Source of the DNA: an uncultured Phycisphaerales bacterium
Lineage (GTDB): Bacteria; Planctomycetota; Phycisphaerae; WQYP01
NCBI GenBank assembly: GCA_963766775.1
Contig: CAVYBP010000010.1
Location: 120,523-184,522, forward strand
Reading direction: 5' to 3'
DNA: 64,000 bases
Of this stretch, positions 1 through 10,265 are shown piece after piece. The position numbers and the translations under genes were made by a program. Each line of letters starts with the position of its first letter. The first letter of the stretch is position 1. The notes beneath the pieces were generated by a model. It did not search any database. It saw only the letters and a list, made by a program, of their open reading frames with translations, and was not told the origin of the DNA.

Positions 1-3
1 CCC

Positions 4-645
4 ATGTACCACGCCTGCCCCAACTGCCCCGTCCATCCCCCCGTCGTCGCCGAAGTCGTCTCTGCCCACACCGACGACAGCCTCAACAGTTGGCACATGG
101 AACACATCTCCATGGTCAGCCACACCGGCAGCCACCTTGACGCCCCACTCCACAAAATCCGAGGCGGAAAATCCATCGATCAGTTCCCCCTCGACGCCTT
201 CGCCGGTCCTGCCTTCATCGCCGACCTCCGCGGCATCGCCCCGCGCACGCCCATCACCGCCGAACTCCTCGCCCAAAAACTCCCCCCAAATCTCGCCCAC
301 CGCATCGTCCTCCTCGCCACCGGCTGGGGAGACAAACGCGCCGCTACCCCCGAATGGCACCACCATTCCCCCTTCCTCACCGAAGACGGTGCCCGCTGGC
401 TCGTCGATCATCAAGTCAAAATGATCGGAATCGACCACTACTCCATCGGAGGCTCCACCGAACCCGCCAACGCCGCCACCCACACCCTCCTCCTCTCCGC
501 GTCCTCCCCCGTCCTCATCGTCGAAGATCTCCACTTCCCCGAATCCGTCTTCTCCCTCCCCCAACCTCTCCAATTCATGGCACTACCCATCCACTTCCGC
601 AACTTCAGCGGCTCCTTCTGCCGCCCCGTCCTTATCCTCCCCTGA
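4..645 (+). CDS. cyclase-family protein (kynurenine formamidase-like); ORF is open to the window start, so the 5' end may lie upstream
   Basis: ORF open to window start; motif HTGSHLDAPLH matches the HxGxHxDxPxH signature of the cyclase/arylformamidase family. Confidence 0.55.
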   Translation: MYHACPNCPVHPPVVAEVVSAHTDDSLNSWHMEHISMVSHTGSHLDAPLHKIRGGKSIDQFPLDAFAGPAFIADLRGIAPRTPITAELLAQKLPPNLAHRIVLLATGWGDKRAATPEWHHHSPFLTEDGARWLVDHQVKMIGIDHYSIGGSTEPANAATHTLLLSASSPVLIVEDLHFPESVFSLPQPLQFMALPIHFRNFSGSFCRPVLILP

Positions 646-650
646 TCGAC

Positions 651-3125
651 TCAGCCCTTACGGGGTCGAACCAACATGCCCACCGCACCCACAATAAAAG
701 CTCCCAGGCACCCCGGCTCCGGCACTCGCGCCGAACCCGGCAACGATTCCGCAAACCCCACCACATTCGCGCCCCCCGGAATCGCCACCCCCAAATTATT
801 CAACACATCATTCAAATCATTCAGGTCAATCGTCCGCGCCCCATCAAAATTCCCGCGCGTCCACAAACTCGTCGCCGTCCCAAGATTATTCAGAACAACA
901 TTCAAATCGTTCAAATCCACCTTCCCATCATCATTGGCATCGCCAATAAACCCCCGATGGATATCGATGAACCCGGCATCCTCATTCCCTTCCAGCGTGT
1001 ACGAAATATTGCTGACAATCGGCGGCAGAACAATCGATCCCGTGTCGCCACCAAGAACACCCGAGTAAGACATCACCTTGTAGTACCCCAGCGACGTATT
1101 GCCAACCGAACCCTGCGACGCAATCACCAGGGTGCCTCCCGCGAGAGTGATGTTCCCATGAACCGCCAACAAATCGCTCGCTCCCGAAGGCGAGCCGAGA
1201 TCGAAGGCGAGGGTCGTATGAACATTCGTCGTCAACCCACCCACGGTCAACGTGCCCATCGAACCCGCAAGCCCCGGGCTGATCGTGTGAGAGCCGCCAC
1301 CCGGCATGATCGGCCCGCTGATGGCACCCGTGCCGCCCAAGGTCCCGCCCGCCAAGGTGATCGCGCCCGCTCCCGACGCGCTGCCAACTGTATTGGTAAC
1401 CATCAGCGTGCCCCCGCTGACGTTGGTTCCGCCCGTGTAGATATTATTCCCGCTGAGGTTGACCGTTCCCCCGCCGGCGATGGTCAACGCCCCGCCGCCA
1501 CTGATGACGCCCGGGATCGCCACTGTCATCGCTCCGTCGGCCTGAACAGTCCCACCGCCGCTGTTGAGAACAATCGCGCGATTGGTGGCACCCGGATTGA
1601 CGTTGAAGAGTCCGACATTCGCTGTCGCTTCAAGAGTCCCGCCGCTGAAAATAATCGGACTGGCGGTGGTAGCGTTTCCCAACTCACCGTTGGCGTCGAC
1701 CGCAATCGTGCCTTCGTTAATGAAAGTATCGCCCGTGTAGCTGTTGCTTGCATTGGAAAGAATGAGTCTGCCAACCCCGGATTTCACGACCGATGTGGGC
1801 ACGCCGGTGCCGGCGTTGGTGATGCCGTCGCCAATCGTCAAATCGCCCGCGGTGCTGTTCTGAATAATCGAAAATGTCGCACCCGTATTGCTGACATGAT
1901 TCACACGCACGGTTCCGCCGGTGAGCGTGGCCCCGCCCGAGTTCGGCGTCACCAGGATTCCCCCGATGGTCCCCAGCCCCGTCTGCGTCAAAACCACAGG
2001 GGCGGCGTTGTTGAAACGCATCGAGCCCGCACCAAACGCCCCAATACTTTGATTGCTGGTCACGTCAAAGTTGTTCGTGGGAGTCGGACCGGTCGTGACA
2101 TAAGAGGCCGCGATGACTTTTCCATTGGCGTCGGTTGCGGCCCAATCGTTCAAGCCGAAGGTGGCGTAGACATTGCTTCCGGGGTCCTGCAGCATCGCCT
2201 TGCCGATCAAACCGGAAAGCGTGATCGTTCCCGTCGTGCCGAACCGCAACGTTCCTCCGACATTTCCGTTGAGGGGGCTTTGAGTTCGGGTGCTGGTACC
2301 CGTGATCGTCAACGTGGCGGTTTGGCCATTGCCCGGACATACATCAATGCTCGCAGCGCCGGTATTGATTGCAAGGCTGGCGAAGGATTGACTAATACCA
2401 CGTGCGGCCGAGCCATTCACCACCAAATGTCCCCCCGCCATATTGAGCTGAGTTCCCCCGACGATGTCGCTCGCCGGCGCTGTTGCCGCGGCGAAATCAA
2501 GGATCAGGGCACCTCCGTTGATACTGGTCGCCCCTGCCGTGCCGTAGGTATTGGTGCCGCTGAGAGTGAGGGTTCCGGTGCCGGTCTTGGTGAGTCCGCT
2601 CGCACCGGAGATCGAGCCGGAGAGGGCCGTGTTGCCCGAACCTGCAATCGTCAACAGCGAGCCGCCGATGTTGGTCGGACTCAACACCATGAGGTTCGTC
2701 CCGGCGTTGACGGTCCAGGTTTGGGGTGCGCTGAGGGTCAAACTGCTGGGCGAGAGCGTGAGGTTTTGCGATGCCGCCGACATATCAATGCCGGCCCCGC
2801 CGAGCGTGAGCGCGTTCGAGAAGTTGTCGATGGTCACGGCGGCGGCTGGGTTCTTCATGACAATGCCCAACCAATTCGTGTCCGATCCCAGCCTGAACAT
2901 GGTCGGCACGGCCAAGTTGGCGCTGCCATCCCACGCGGCAAGGTCCGCATCGCCGGGAACATTCACGCTCCCAGCGTTCGTCTCATCAGTCCACCCGCTT
3001 GCGACGTTGAGTACAGTGCCGCCATTGCTGGCATAAGTGTCGGCGCAAAGGCAGGTGCGCGAACCCGCCCCCGACACGAGAACCACCATCGCCAAAACCC
3101 GCGGCACCTTGCGCAATGTACCCAT
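651..3125 (-). CDS. large secreted PEP-CTERM-anchored protein with autotransporter-associated beta-strand repeats and two dockerin-like repeats
   Basis: signal peptide MGTLRKVPRVLAMVVLVSGAG (alternative start at 3152); ~700 aa of Gly/Thr/Ser-rich beta-helix-like repeats; two DANDDGKVDLNDLNVVLNNLG-type repeats; C-terminal VPEPG + hydrophobic helix + RPRKG = PEP-CTERM sorting signal. Confidence 0.6.
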   Translation of the reverse strand: MGTLRKVPRVLAMVVLVSGAGSRTCLCADTYASNGGTVLNVASGWTDETNAGSVNVPGDADLAAWDGSANLAVPTMFRLGSDTNWLGIVMKNPAAAVTIDNFSNALTLGGAGIDMSAASQNLTLSPSSLTLSAPQTWTVNAGTNLMVLSPTNIGGSLLTIAGSGNTALSGSISGASGLTKTGTGTLTLSGTNTYGTAGATSINGGALILDFAAATAPASDIVGGTQLNMAGGHLVVNGSAARGISQSFASLAINTGAASIDVCPGNGQTATLTITGTSTRTQSPLNGNVGGTLRFGTTGTITLSGLIGKAMLQDPGSNVYATFGLNDWAATDANGKVIAASYVTTGPTPTNNFDVTSNQSIGAFGAGSMRFNNAAPVVLTQTGLGTIGGILVTPNSGGATLTGGTVRVNHVSNTGATFSIIQNSTAGDLTIGDGITNAGTGVPTSVVKSGVGRLILSNASNSYTGDTFINEGTIAVDANGELGNATTASPIIFSGGTLEATANVGLFNVNPGATNRAIVLNSGGGTVQADGAMTVAIPGVISGGGALTIAGGGTVNLSGNNIYTGGTNVSGGTLMVTNTVGSASGAGAITLAGGTLGGTGAISGPIMPGGGSHTISPGLAGSMGTLTVGGLTTNVHTTLAFDLGSPSGASDLLAVHGNITLAGGTLVIASQGSVGNTSLGYYKVMSYSGVLGGDTGSIVLPPIVSNISYTLEGNEDAGFIDIHRGFIGDANDDGKVDLNDLNVVLNNLGTATSLWTRGNFDGARTIDLNDLNDVLNNLGVAIPGGANVVGFAESLPGSARVPEPGCLGAFIVGAVGMLVRPRKG

Positions 3126-3245
3126 GGGGAAACCGGCATGCATGTGCATCATCTCCAGCGGGTTGCTTTTGTTTTAAGTGGGATCAAATCTATTCGAGAT
3201 GCGGCGGGTTGCAAGTCTGTTTTGGCAGTTTGGCAGGATAGGGAA

Positions 3246-4679
3246 TTAGCGGTGTGGGGTGAGGCGGTAGAGGACTGCACCGTGAGGATTAAGGGTGGCG
3301 GAGAGAGTATCCTTGGTCATCTCCACGTCTTTGCCGCTCCAAAGATCGTGAATGATGCACGGAGTGGTGAATCCAATGTCGGCAAGGGTGACCGTGATCG
3401 TCGCTGGCGGGTCAATTCCGGGAAGGGTCGTGTCCCGATCATGCCCCGATCCCACCCTGTTCCCTCCTCCGGAAGGGGGCGGAGAGGCGTTAAAGAGGGC
3501 GATATATTTGTCTTTTGAATCGGGGACGTCGGCGACCCAGGCGATATGGTTATCGCGCCGGAAAAGTTGGCGGTTGTGGATGGAATGTTGATCGACGGCG
3601 ATAACTTCGTCGTTGGTAATGAGGGAAAGCGTGAACGGGTCGGCGTTGGGGAGATTAGAGCCGAGGATGAGGGGCGAGCGAGCGATCGACCAGAGGGTCA
3701 TGAGGGTGATTTGTTCGTCATGGGTGAAGCGGGTCTGGTTGTTGTTGTCTCGCCAGGCGCGGATGTTGCCGAACGGGATCATGTCGGCATCGGGGAAATG
3801 GCCGGGACCGCGGTACGGGGTCCAGGCGTCGAGGCGTGCGAATTGTTCGTAGAGGGCGGGCCAATTATCCCAGAAGTCGTCGCTGACTCGCCACATATTG
3901 GCGTTGGCGGCGATGTGCGGACCCTGGGCGACGGGGGTGGCGCCGGGGGAGGTGGAGAAGATGATGGGGCGACCGGAGCTGTCGATGGCTTTGCGGATCG
4001 CTTCGATTTCGGCTGTGTGGTAGGGGGCCGAGAGGTCATCGACTTTGACGAGGTCGAGGTCCCAGGAGGCGAGGAGGGCGAAGACGGAGTTGTAGTATTC
4101 CTGCGCGCCGGGCTTGGCCATGTCGATGCCGTACATGTCGGTGTTCCAGCGGCAGAGGGATGTGGTGTCGGCGATGTCGGCGGCGTGGAAATTTGTGCCG
4201 AGGATGGGGAGATTTTGGGCGACGGCCTGGCGGGGAATTCCGCGCAGGAGATGGAGGCCGAACTTGAGGTCTTGGGCGTGGAGCGCATCGGCGAGCGGCT
4301 TAAAGGAGCGGGTCTGGGCCGTCATGGGGAAACGGTTGGCGGCGGGGAGGAGGCGGCCGTTGGCGTCCATTTCGAGGACCGCGTTTTTGCGGTAGCGGTC
4401 GGTGTGGGCGAGGGGTTCGTACCACTGGATGTCGACGGTGACGATGGTCCAGCCGTGGGATTGGAGGTTCTTGTGGATGAAGTCGGCGTTGTCGAGGGTT
4501 TGTTTTTCAGTGACGCCGGCACCGAAGCAGTCCCAGGAGTTCCAACCCATGGGAGGGGTGGGGGACCACGAATGGAATGCAGGCGTCAGAGTTTCTGTGG
4601 AGTTGGCGGTGACCTGTGCGGATGCGGTCGCATCGACTAGTCCAATCACCAAGAAGAGTGTTGCAAGCTGGCTGTTCAT
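3246..4679 (-). CDS. alpha-galactosidase, glycoside hydrolase family 27
   Basis: PPMGWNSWDCFG motif and downstream GH27 conservation; start placed at internal Met preceding signal peptide MNSQLATLFLVIGLVDATASA (ORF extends to 4898). Confidence 0.7.
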   Translation of the reverse strand: MNSQLATLFLVIGLVDATASAQVTANSTETLTPAFHSWSPTPPMGWNSWDCFGAGVTEKQTLDNADFIHKNLQSHGWTIVTVDIQWYEPLAHTDRYRKNAVLEMDANGRLLPAANRFPMTAQTRSFKPLADALHAQDLKFGLHLLRGIPRQAVAQNLPILGTNFHAADIADTTSLCRWNTDMYGIDMAKPGAQEYYNSVFALLASWDLDLVKVDDLSAPYHTAEIEAIRKAIDSSGRPIIFSTSPGATPVAQGPHIAANANMWRVSDDFWDNWPALYEQFARLDAWTPYRGPGHFPDADMIPFGNIRAWRDNNNQTRFTHDEQITLMTLWSIARSPLILGSNLPNADPFTLSLITNDEVIAVDQHSIHNRQLFRRDNHIAWVADVPDSKDKYIALFNASPPPSGGGNRVGSGHDRDTTLPGIDPPATITVTLADIGFTTPCIIHDLWSGKDVEMTKDTLSATLNPHGAVLYRLTPHR

Positions 4680-4758
4680 CGATATCTCGTTTTGGGGTGG
4701 CCTATTCCGGCGATGCCATCGCAGGATTTTTACGGGTGTTTCGCGAGAAAACTGCGCG

Positions 4759-4782
4759 TAAAAAAAGCCGCGTTTCCGCGGC
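4759..4782 (-). terminator. rho-independent terminator of the downstream prepilin-like gene
   Basis: on minus strand GCCGCG-GAAA-CGCGGC followed by TTTTTTTA, immediately 3' of the stop at 4813. Confidence 0.6.
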
Positions 4783-4812
4783 TCCTTTGGTTCAATTCTA
4801 ATTGTCAGCAAC

Positions 4813-5538
4813 TCAATCGATTTTGTAAACAGTCCAGTATTTGCCGTTGGGAGGTTGACCGGAGGTTGAGACGATATTTGCGTCATAGTCGGAGGCAATG
4901 TGTTGTTCGATGTGGCCGTCGAGGAAGAGGACGTTGCCCTTACCCAAATGCCGCAGATTGAGGGCCTGCACTAAGGTTTGGGGCTGAGTCACACAATCCA
5001 CGTCTCCGCGATAACTGACGATGGGATTAATGCCGCTCCCTGTGATAGTGGCGGAGTCACACATGAGCAAGGCGGTAGAAGGATGGTTGATATCCGACAC
5101 TCGCCAGTTCGTGCCATTCATTTTTCCGGACGCGAGGCGGTTGGAATTACTATCGACGAATCGGATAAGACAGTAATCGATCGGTCCCATGTTCGCGGTG
5201 GCAGCTTGACTTCCGTTAAGCATATAGTTGCCAAACTGGGCATCGCCAGGACAGGTATGGAGGCCGCGTGAGAATTTGGAATTATTAGGCCATTCCGCGT
5301 CATAGACACCATTTCCACCGATGGCAACCGCCCAAGTCGTGGGGCTTTGGATCCAGCCATCATAGTCGGCAGCGTAGATGTTGATGACGCCTCCCCATTG
5401 TTTGAGGACGGCGGCACACTTCACGCGGATGGCGCTTGCCTTAGCACGGTTGAGGGAGGGCAATAAGACCGCGATGAGAAGTGCGATGATCGCCACCACA
5501 ACGAGAAGTTCGATGAGGGTAAAACCGCGTCTACGCAT
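4813..5538 (-). CDS. prepilin-type N-terminal cleavage/methylation domain protein (DUF1559-like pseudopilin)
   Basis: [28 protein letters not shown]-terminus (class III signal peptide), C-terminal NVLFLDGHIEQH motif; ORF extends to 5556. Confidence 0.7.
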   Translation of the reverse strand: MRRRGFTLIELLVVVAIIALLIAVLLPSLNRAKASAIRVKCAAVLKQWGGVINIYAADYDGWIQSPTTWAVAIGGNGVYDAEWPNNSKFSRGLHTCPGDAQFGNYMLNGSQAATANMGPIDYCLIRFVDSNSNRLASGKMNGTNWRVSDINHPSTALLMCDSATITGSGINPIVSYRGDVDCVTQPQTLVQALNLRHLGKGNVLFLDGHIEQHIASDYDANIVSTSGQPPNGKYWTVYKID

Positions 5539-5944
5539 GACATCTCCAATCCGCATTAAATTTTACAAACGCCACACTTTAGGAAATGTAACAGCCCCTT
5601 GGCGGAGGGCTCACGTGGCACACAATGCACAGCTCCCCGATCACTTTCATAGACATGTTCGCACAAGTTTATGAAATTTTGACCACGAAGGGATCTGCAG
5701 ACATCTCAAGGATATCGGATTAACGACGAAAAGCAAGGATTGATTTCGGAGATTTCAGGACATCGGCAGCGGACGAAGGGATAAATATGCGAATCAGGTC
5801 AGCGGTGCGGAATTTATGGGCGGTTCTTACAGTTATTAAGCGATAAATAAGCGATTTAGTTAGGGGACCAAAGGGTTAGAAGCAGAGTCAACTCATCGAT
5901 TCCTCATTATTGGAGGATAAGGGCTTGGGGCGCAAACATGCGCG

Positions 5945-5970
5945 TAAAAAGAGCCGCGTTACGCGGCTCT
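5945..5970 (-). terminator. rho-independent terminator of second prepilin-like gene
   Basis: on minus strand GAGCCGCG-TAA-CGCGGCTC followed by TTTTTAC; near-identical to the terminator at 4759-4782. Confidence 0.55.
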
Positions 5971-6005
5971 TGAGGAATGGTGAAATGATTGGGTAATGCT
6001 TCAAA

Positions 6006-6725
6006 TCAGGGGGCGGCAACAGTCCAGATGCGCTTGCCGATAGGAAGAGGTGAATCATAAATATTGGCTTTGTAATCCGCCCAGTTGTGCTGCTCTACGT
6101 GGGCATCCAAAAACAACACGTTACCAAGGTTTTGATGCCGCGCGAGCAGTCCGGCTTGCAAGGTTTCTACAAGGCCATCAAATTGTCCGAAGTAGGTGAC
6201 GAGACCTTTCGCACCAGCAATAGGTAGCTGGCCCGCCCCCTGCCCCACATCGGCCATTAGAAGTGCAGAAGCGGGATGGGTGATATCCGTACTTCGCCAG
6301 TAGGTTCCATTCATACCGCCGGAGGCATGCAGGTTGCCGATATTATCCGTATAGCGGACAAATCCATAATCTATGGGCCCTGCGGGAATAGAGGTCTGAC
6401 TCCCTGCCTTAAGATAGACGCCAAAGGCCGGATCTGCGGGGCAGGTATGCAGTCCTTTGGAAAATTTCGAGTTTGGCGGCCACTCGTTGTCGTAAAAGTG
6501 CTGGGTGTTAGGATTTGCCCATTGCGTATCGGCTTGCATCCATCCATCGTATTCTGTCATGTATATATTTACAATATTACCCCATTGCTTAAGCACTGAG
6601 GCGCATTTCACGCGATATGCTGTCGCCTTTGCCTTGCCTAGAGCAGGGAGGAGGATGGCGATCAGCAGAGCGATGATGGCGACCACCACGAGTAGTTCGA
6701 TAAGGGTGAAACCCCGTCTACGCAT
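6006..6725 (-). CDS. prepilin-type N-terminal cleavage/methylation domain protein (paralog of 4813-5538)
   Basis: [28 protein letters not shown]-terminus, [12 protein letters not shown] motif; start at internal Met (ORF extends to 6869). Confidence 0.7.
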   Translation of the reverse strand: MRRRGFTLIELLVVVAIIALLIAILLPALGKAKATAYRVKCASVLKQWGNIVNIYMTEYDGWMQADTQWANPNTQHFYDNEWPPNSKFSKGLHTCPADPAFGVYLKAGSQTSIPAGPIDYGFVRYTDNIGNLHASGGMNGTYWRSTDITHPASALLMADVGQGAGQLPIAGAKGLVTYFGQFDGLVETLQAGLLARHQNLGNVLFLDAHVEQHNWADYKANIYDSPLPIGKRIWTVAAP

Positions 6726-7476
6726 AAGTATCTCCGATCTAAAATGTACCCAAACCACAGTATAAGAAATGTTAAAGTGCCCGCAGTGCGGGCACTTCTG
6801 TGGCGAATTGCGTGATATGCAAATCACTCGAATCGGTTCTATTGTCCAACCTTGAACGCATAATATCAAATTTTGATCAGTGAGACGTGTAGATCAATAC
6901 AGAATAATCGATCTAACGCAAACAAGCAACAGCAAATTTCGCAAATTTCGGGTGCGGAATTTCGAAAATTTGCGATGCGAGATTTTCCATGTGGAGAGGG
7001 GTGACACCTGACGACCAAGGGAAGAAAACGCTATTTTTGGCTTTGCGACTGCGATTCCGACTTCGTCCTCTTAATCGCTTTTTAAAAAGATGGAAGATCG
7101 GGATGTTGAGGCGCGGCATTCGGGCGCCCGAGGCAGCGGCGTCGATTCTAGGACAAATATGTGTGCTTTTGTATTCTTCTCAAATAGGTTTTTAAGCCCA
7201 AAACAGAGCTGGTTTTGAAAGCTTTTTTGGATGAGATGGGGGCATTTTGGAGGGAACTCGTTTTTGTGAAGAATAAAGTGGCGTAGGGTGGGCACTATTA
7301 AAGTGGTGGGTCCTAGCGGTACCGCGAAGGCATGTTCGTTAGGTCCGATTTCGTTGGGCCTGATTTGGATCGGATGTGGGCTTTGATGGTTAAGAAACGG
7401 TCCATGGCGGTGCGGCGGGGGGGGGGGATTCCGGCGGAGCCGGTGACGGCGGCTATTTTTTCGCCGCAGGTGACAA

Positions 7477-8310
7477 ATGCGCGGCGGTGTTTTGTGGGGC
7501 CGGCGTCGGATGGGGCCGGGTCACTGGCGGTGGTTTGTTGCGGACGGGAGCAATGTGCCGCCGGCGTACGAGGTTCGACGTCCGAGCTTTCCGTATCTTG
7601 GGGTGGAATTTGTTGCGAGCGGGGAAGGGGTGTTGCGGATGGGGGGCAAGGAACATCGGTTGGTGGCGGGGGTGGTTTTTGCGTATGGGCCTGGGGTGGC
7701 GCATGAGATCACGTGTGTGCCGGAACGGCCGTTGGTGAAGTATTTTGTGGATTTGGCGGGGCGGGACGCGGATGAATTGCTGGTGACGCCGCGTCCGGGG
7801 GGGATTGTTCAGACGTCGGCACCGGAGCAGATTTTGCGGTTGTTTGATGATCTGCTGGATGCGGGGATGAAGAAATCGGCGATGACGGAGAAGATCTGTG
7901 CGGTGATCGTGCAGCATTTGTTGTTGAAGATAGCGGAGACGGCGGTGCCGCTGGGTGAGACTGGGGCGGAAGCGTTTGAGACGTATCAGCGGTGTCGGAG
8001 TTATATCGAGACGAATTATCAGAATGTGGTGGACTTGCCGCAGATCGCGGCGCATGGGGATATTGATCCGGCGTATGTGTGCCGATTGTTCAAGAGGTTC
8101 GATCGGCATGGTCCGTGGCAGTATGTGGTGAAGTTGAAGATGCAGGATGCGGCGCAGCGGCTGAAAAGTCCGGGAGCGATGATCAAGACGGTGTCGGCGG
8201 AATTGGGGTTCAGCGATCCGTTTCAGTTTTCGCGGACGTTTCGGCGGGTGTATGGGGTGTCGCCTCGGCGGTTTTTGCAGTTGCAGCGGGGGGCGGCGGT
8301 GGGGGTTTGA
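7477..8310 (+). CDS. AraC-family transcriptional regulator (cupin N-domain + C-terminal HTH)
   Basis: C-terminal IKTVSAELGFSDPFQFSRTFRRVYGVSPRRF AraC HTH signature; N-terminus uncertain (poly-G11 at 7421-7431 and alternative frame upstream). Confidence 0.55.
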   Translation: MRGGVLWGRRRMGPGHWRWFVADGSNVPPAYEVRRPSFPYLGVEFVASGEGVLRMGGKEHRLVAGVVFAYGPGVAHEITCVPERPLVKYFVDLAGRDADELLVTPRPGGIVQTSAPEQILRLFDDLLDAGMKKSAMTEKICAVIVQHLLLKIAETAVPLGETGAEAFETYQRCRSYIETNYQNVVDLPQIAAHGDIDPAYVCRLFKRFDRHGPWQYVVKLKMQDAAQRLKSPGAMIKTVSAELGFSDPFQFSRTFRRVYGVSPRRFLQLQRGAAVGV

Positions 8311-8508
8311 GTGGTGGGGGGGGGTGGGCATTTTGAAATGAGGGCCGGATGCCCCGCCATCGCGGATGGCGGGCTTTTTTTTGGTTTCCGAGTTGTGCGC
8401 GGCATCGATGAAGTGCCGGATTGCCGGCACTTTATCGATCACGGTCGGGGGCGGCCGTGCCACATTTTGAGCCATGCACATTTTTTAGCTGTGCACCTTT
8501 GAGATGTT

Positions 8509-9586
8509 TCAGCGTTGGAGTTCTTGGTTTTCGGGGATTCCGGGTTCGTCGAGGAGTTGGAGGGAGGTAGCGGGGCCGAGGTCGGCGGGGGCGTCCCAGG
8601 CACGGAGGGCCCAGACGAGTTTCTTGTCGGGGGTGACTTCGAGAGCCTGGACGGACTTGGGCCAGTCTTTGGGGTTTTTGATTCCGTTGGGGCACCAGTT
8701 GGTGATGACGGTGTTGCCGTTGGCGAGGCGGTCGGCTTCCTGGATGCTGAAGAGTTTGATGTCGGGGACGTCTTTCTGGGTGAATTCCCAGACGGTTTGT
8801 TTGTCGGGGGTGACTTCGTGGATGAAACCTTTGTTGCTGGTGATGAGGGTGTTGCCATTTTTGAGGCGGACGGCGGCCCAGGGCGCGGGGACTGCGATGG
8901 ACCAGATTTCCTTGCCGGTGTTGTCGTATTCGGCGACTTTATTCATGTCCATGTGGGTGGCGAGGAAGGTACCGGCGGCGGTCATGCGGACGCGGCGGAA
9001 TTGGCCGTGGGTTTTGGTGGGGTAGCCGGTGGGGAGGGTGAATTGGGTTTCGGTTTTGTCGGTGGCGAGGTTGAGCACGGTGAGTGTGGCGGGGTTGCCG
9101 TTCTGGACGTACATGACGCTTGTCGAGGCCGATGGGTTGGACGGAATGGACTTCAAAGCCTTTGGGGGCGGTGTAGGACCAGAGGATTTTTTTGTCAGCG
9201 GAGATTTTGGCGGCACCGGTTTTACAGCCGTAGACGACGGAGCCGTCGGAGAGGAGGGTGGCGTCGGAGAATTCGGAGAGTTGTTTGTTTTCGTCTTTGG
9301 TAGGGATGGAGTAGTCCCAGACGATTTTGCCGTCCTTGACGATGAACATGGTTTGTTGGGGCTTGGGGTAGTTCCACTCGCCGGCGTAGAAGAAGGGGTG
9401 TTGTGAGAGGCCATTGCCGGGGAGGGTGTCGGGGGAGAGTGGGCCGGTCCAAGCGGGTTTTGTGGAGGCGGCGCGGGTGGTGGTGGGGAGGGTAGTAGAG
9501 GTTTGTGCGTAGAGGGGAAATGTGAGGGCAAGGAGCAGGGACAGAGAAAGTTTGTAGGGCATGGGTTCTCCAGAAAAAGATGCCAC
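8509..9586 (-). pseudogene. secreted beta-propeller repeat protein, paralog of 13249-14319, interrupted by a 1-bp frameshift near 9120-9125
   Basis: N-terminal half read in ORF 8939-9586 and C-terminal half in ORF 8509-9531 both align with the intact paralog; length 1078 nt is not a multiple of 3; removing one A from GACAAGCGTCATG restores IGLD-SVMYVQNGN. Confidence 0.5.
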
Positions 9587-9600
9587 GACGCAAGATAGAT

Positions 9601-10260
9601 TTAGCCGCGGTCCTGGGGACCGCGTGCGAGTGAGTCAATACCGCTCGACAAAGGCCCAACGCTGGCGTTTTTTTCCCTCTTTGAGGGGATTGTTTTCGAC
9701 GTACTTGATCGCGCGGTGCATGTCCTGGGGCGAATCGAGAAAGACGTTCCAGCCGCGACGCGCCAGCAGGTGGCGCGGCCGCCATCGGGATCAAAAGAAT
9801 TCTGAAAGGGATGAATTTGCGCGGCCGTCAGCGCCCCGCTCGCCCGGCCTTTGAGTTGATTCATGACCTGCGTGATGGGGCGGTGTGTGCGGCCGATGAC
9901 GAGGTGAACATGTTGCGGAAGGATAGCGCAGGCATGAAAGCGGAGGAGCCAATGGGTCATGACTTCCTGGAAGCCGAGGGCGATGGCCACGGCTTGGTGT
10001 CCGTCCCAAGTGACCGGTGGATGTTTGAGGAGTTGTTTCATGGCGAGGCGATGGTCGCGGTTGTGGGGAACGGCGGCGACGGATTTTCGGGTTTCGACTT
10101 TGGTGGCCTTTCCGCCGGCGAGGAAGAGTTCCCATGCGCCGACGAAGTCGGACCAGCTTCCGCGCGGGTCGTTGGGGAGCCAGAAGCCGTAGGCGGTGAG
10201 GATCATGTGGTAGCCGAGGATCATGGTCGCTCCGCGTGCGGCCCCGAGGGCCGCGGCTAA
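9601..10260 (-). mobile_element. IS200/RAYT-like element: single HuH-Y1 transposase gene flanked by 13-bp terminal inverted repeats embedded in GC hairpins
   Basis: ends TTAGCCGCGGTCC (9601-9613) and GGGCCGCGGCTAA (10248-10260) are inverted repeats; hairpins CGCGGTCC-TGG-GGACCGCG (9606-9624) and GCGGCCC-CGA-GGGCCGC (10238-10254); element exactly fills the intergenic gap. Confidence 0.55.
9635..10224 (-). CDS. IS200-like/REP-associated tyrosine transposase (HuH Y1) with a frameshift near 9750-9770
   Basis: GYHMILTAYGFWLPNDPRGSW N-terminus, HuH motif HVHLVI; true C-terminus WNVFLDSPQDMHRAIKYVENNPLKEGKKRQRWAFVERY (catalytic Tyr in IKYVENNP) is in the +1 frame ending at 9635; 590 nt is not a multiple of 3. 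Confidence 0.5.
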
Positions 10261-10265
10261 ATGGG

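Noticed and set aside
354-3518. 1054-aa plus-strand ORF
   Set aside because: Antisense to the PEP-CTERM gene; Arg/Pro/His-rich composition typical of spurious reverse-frame ORFs in high-GC DNA.
3546-4640. 364-aa plus-strand Gly/Val/Asp-rich ORF
   Set aside because: Antisense to the GH27 alpha-galactosidase; G/V/D/E-rich composition typical of a high-GC reverse frame.
7453-8481. 342-aa minus-strand ORF overlapping AraC
   Set aside because: Arg/His/Pro-rich antisense ORF; the plus-strand frame carries a recognisable AraC HTH.
8515-9303. 262-aa plus-strand ORF and similar 13243-14442 ORF
   Set aside because: Antisense to the beta-propeller paralogs; Gly/Val/Asp-rich.
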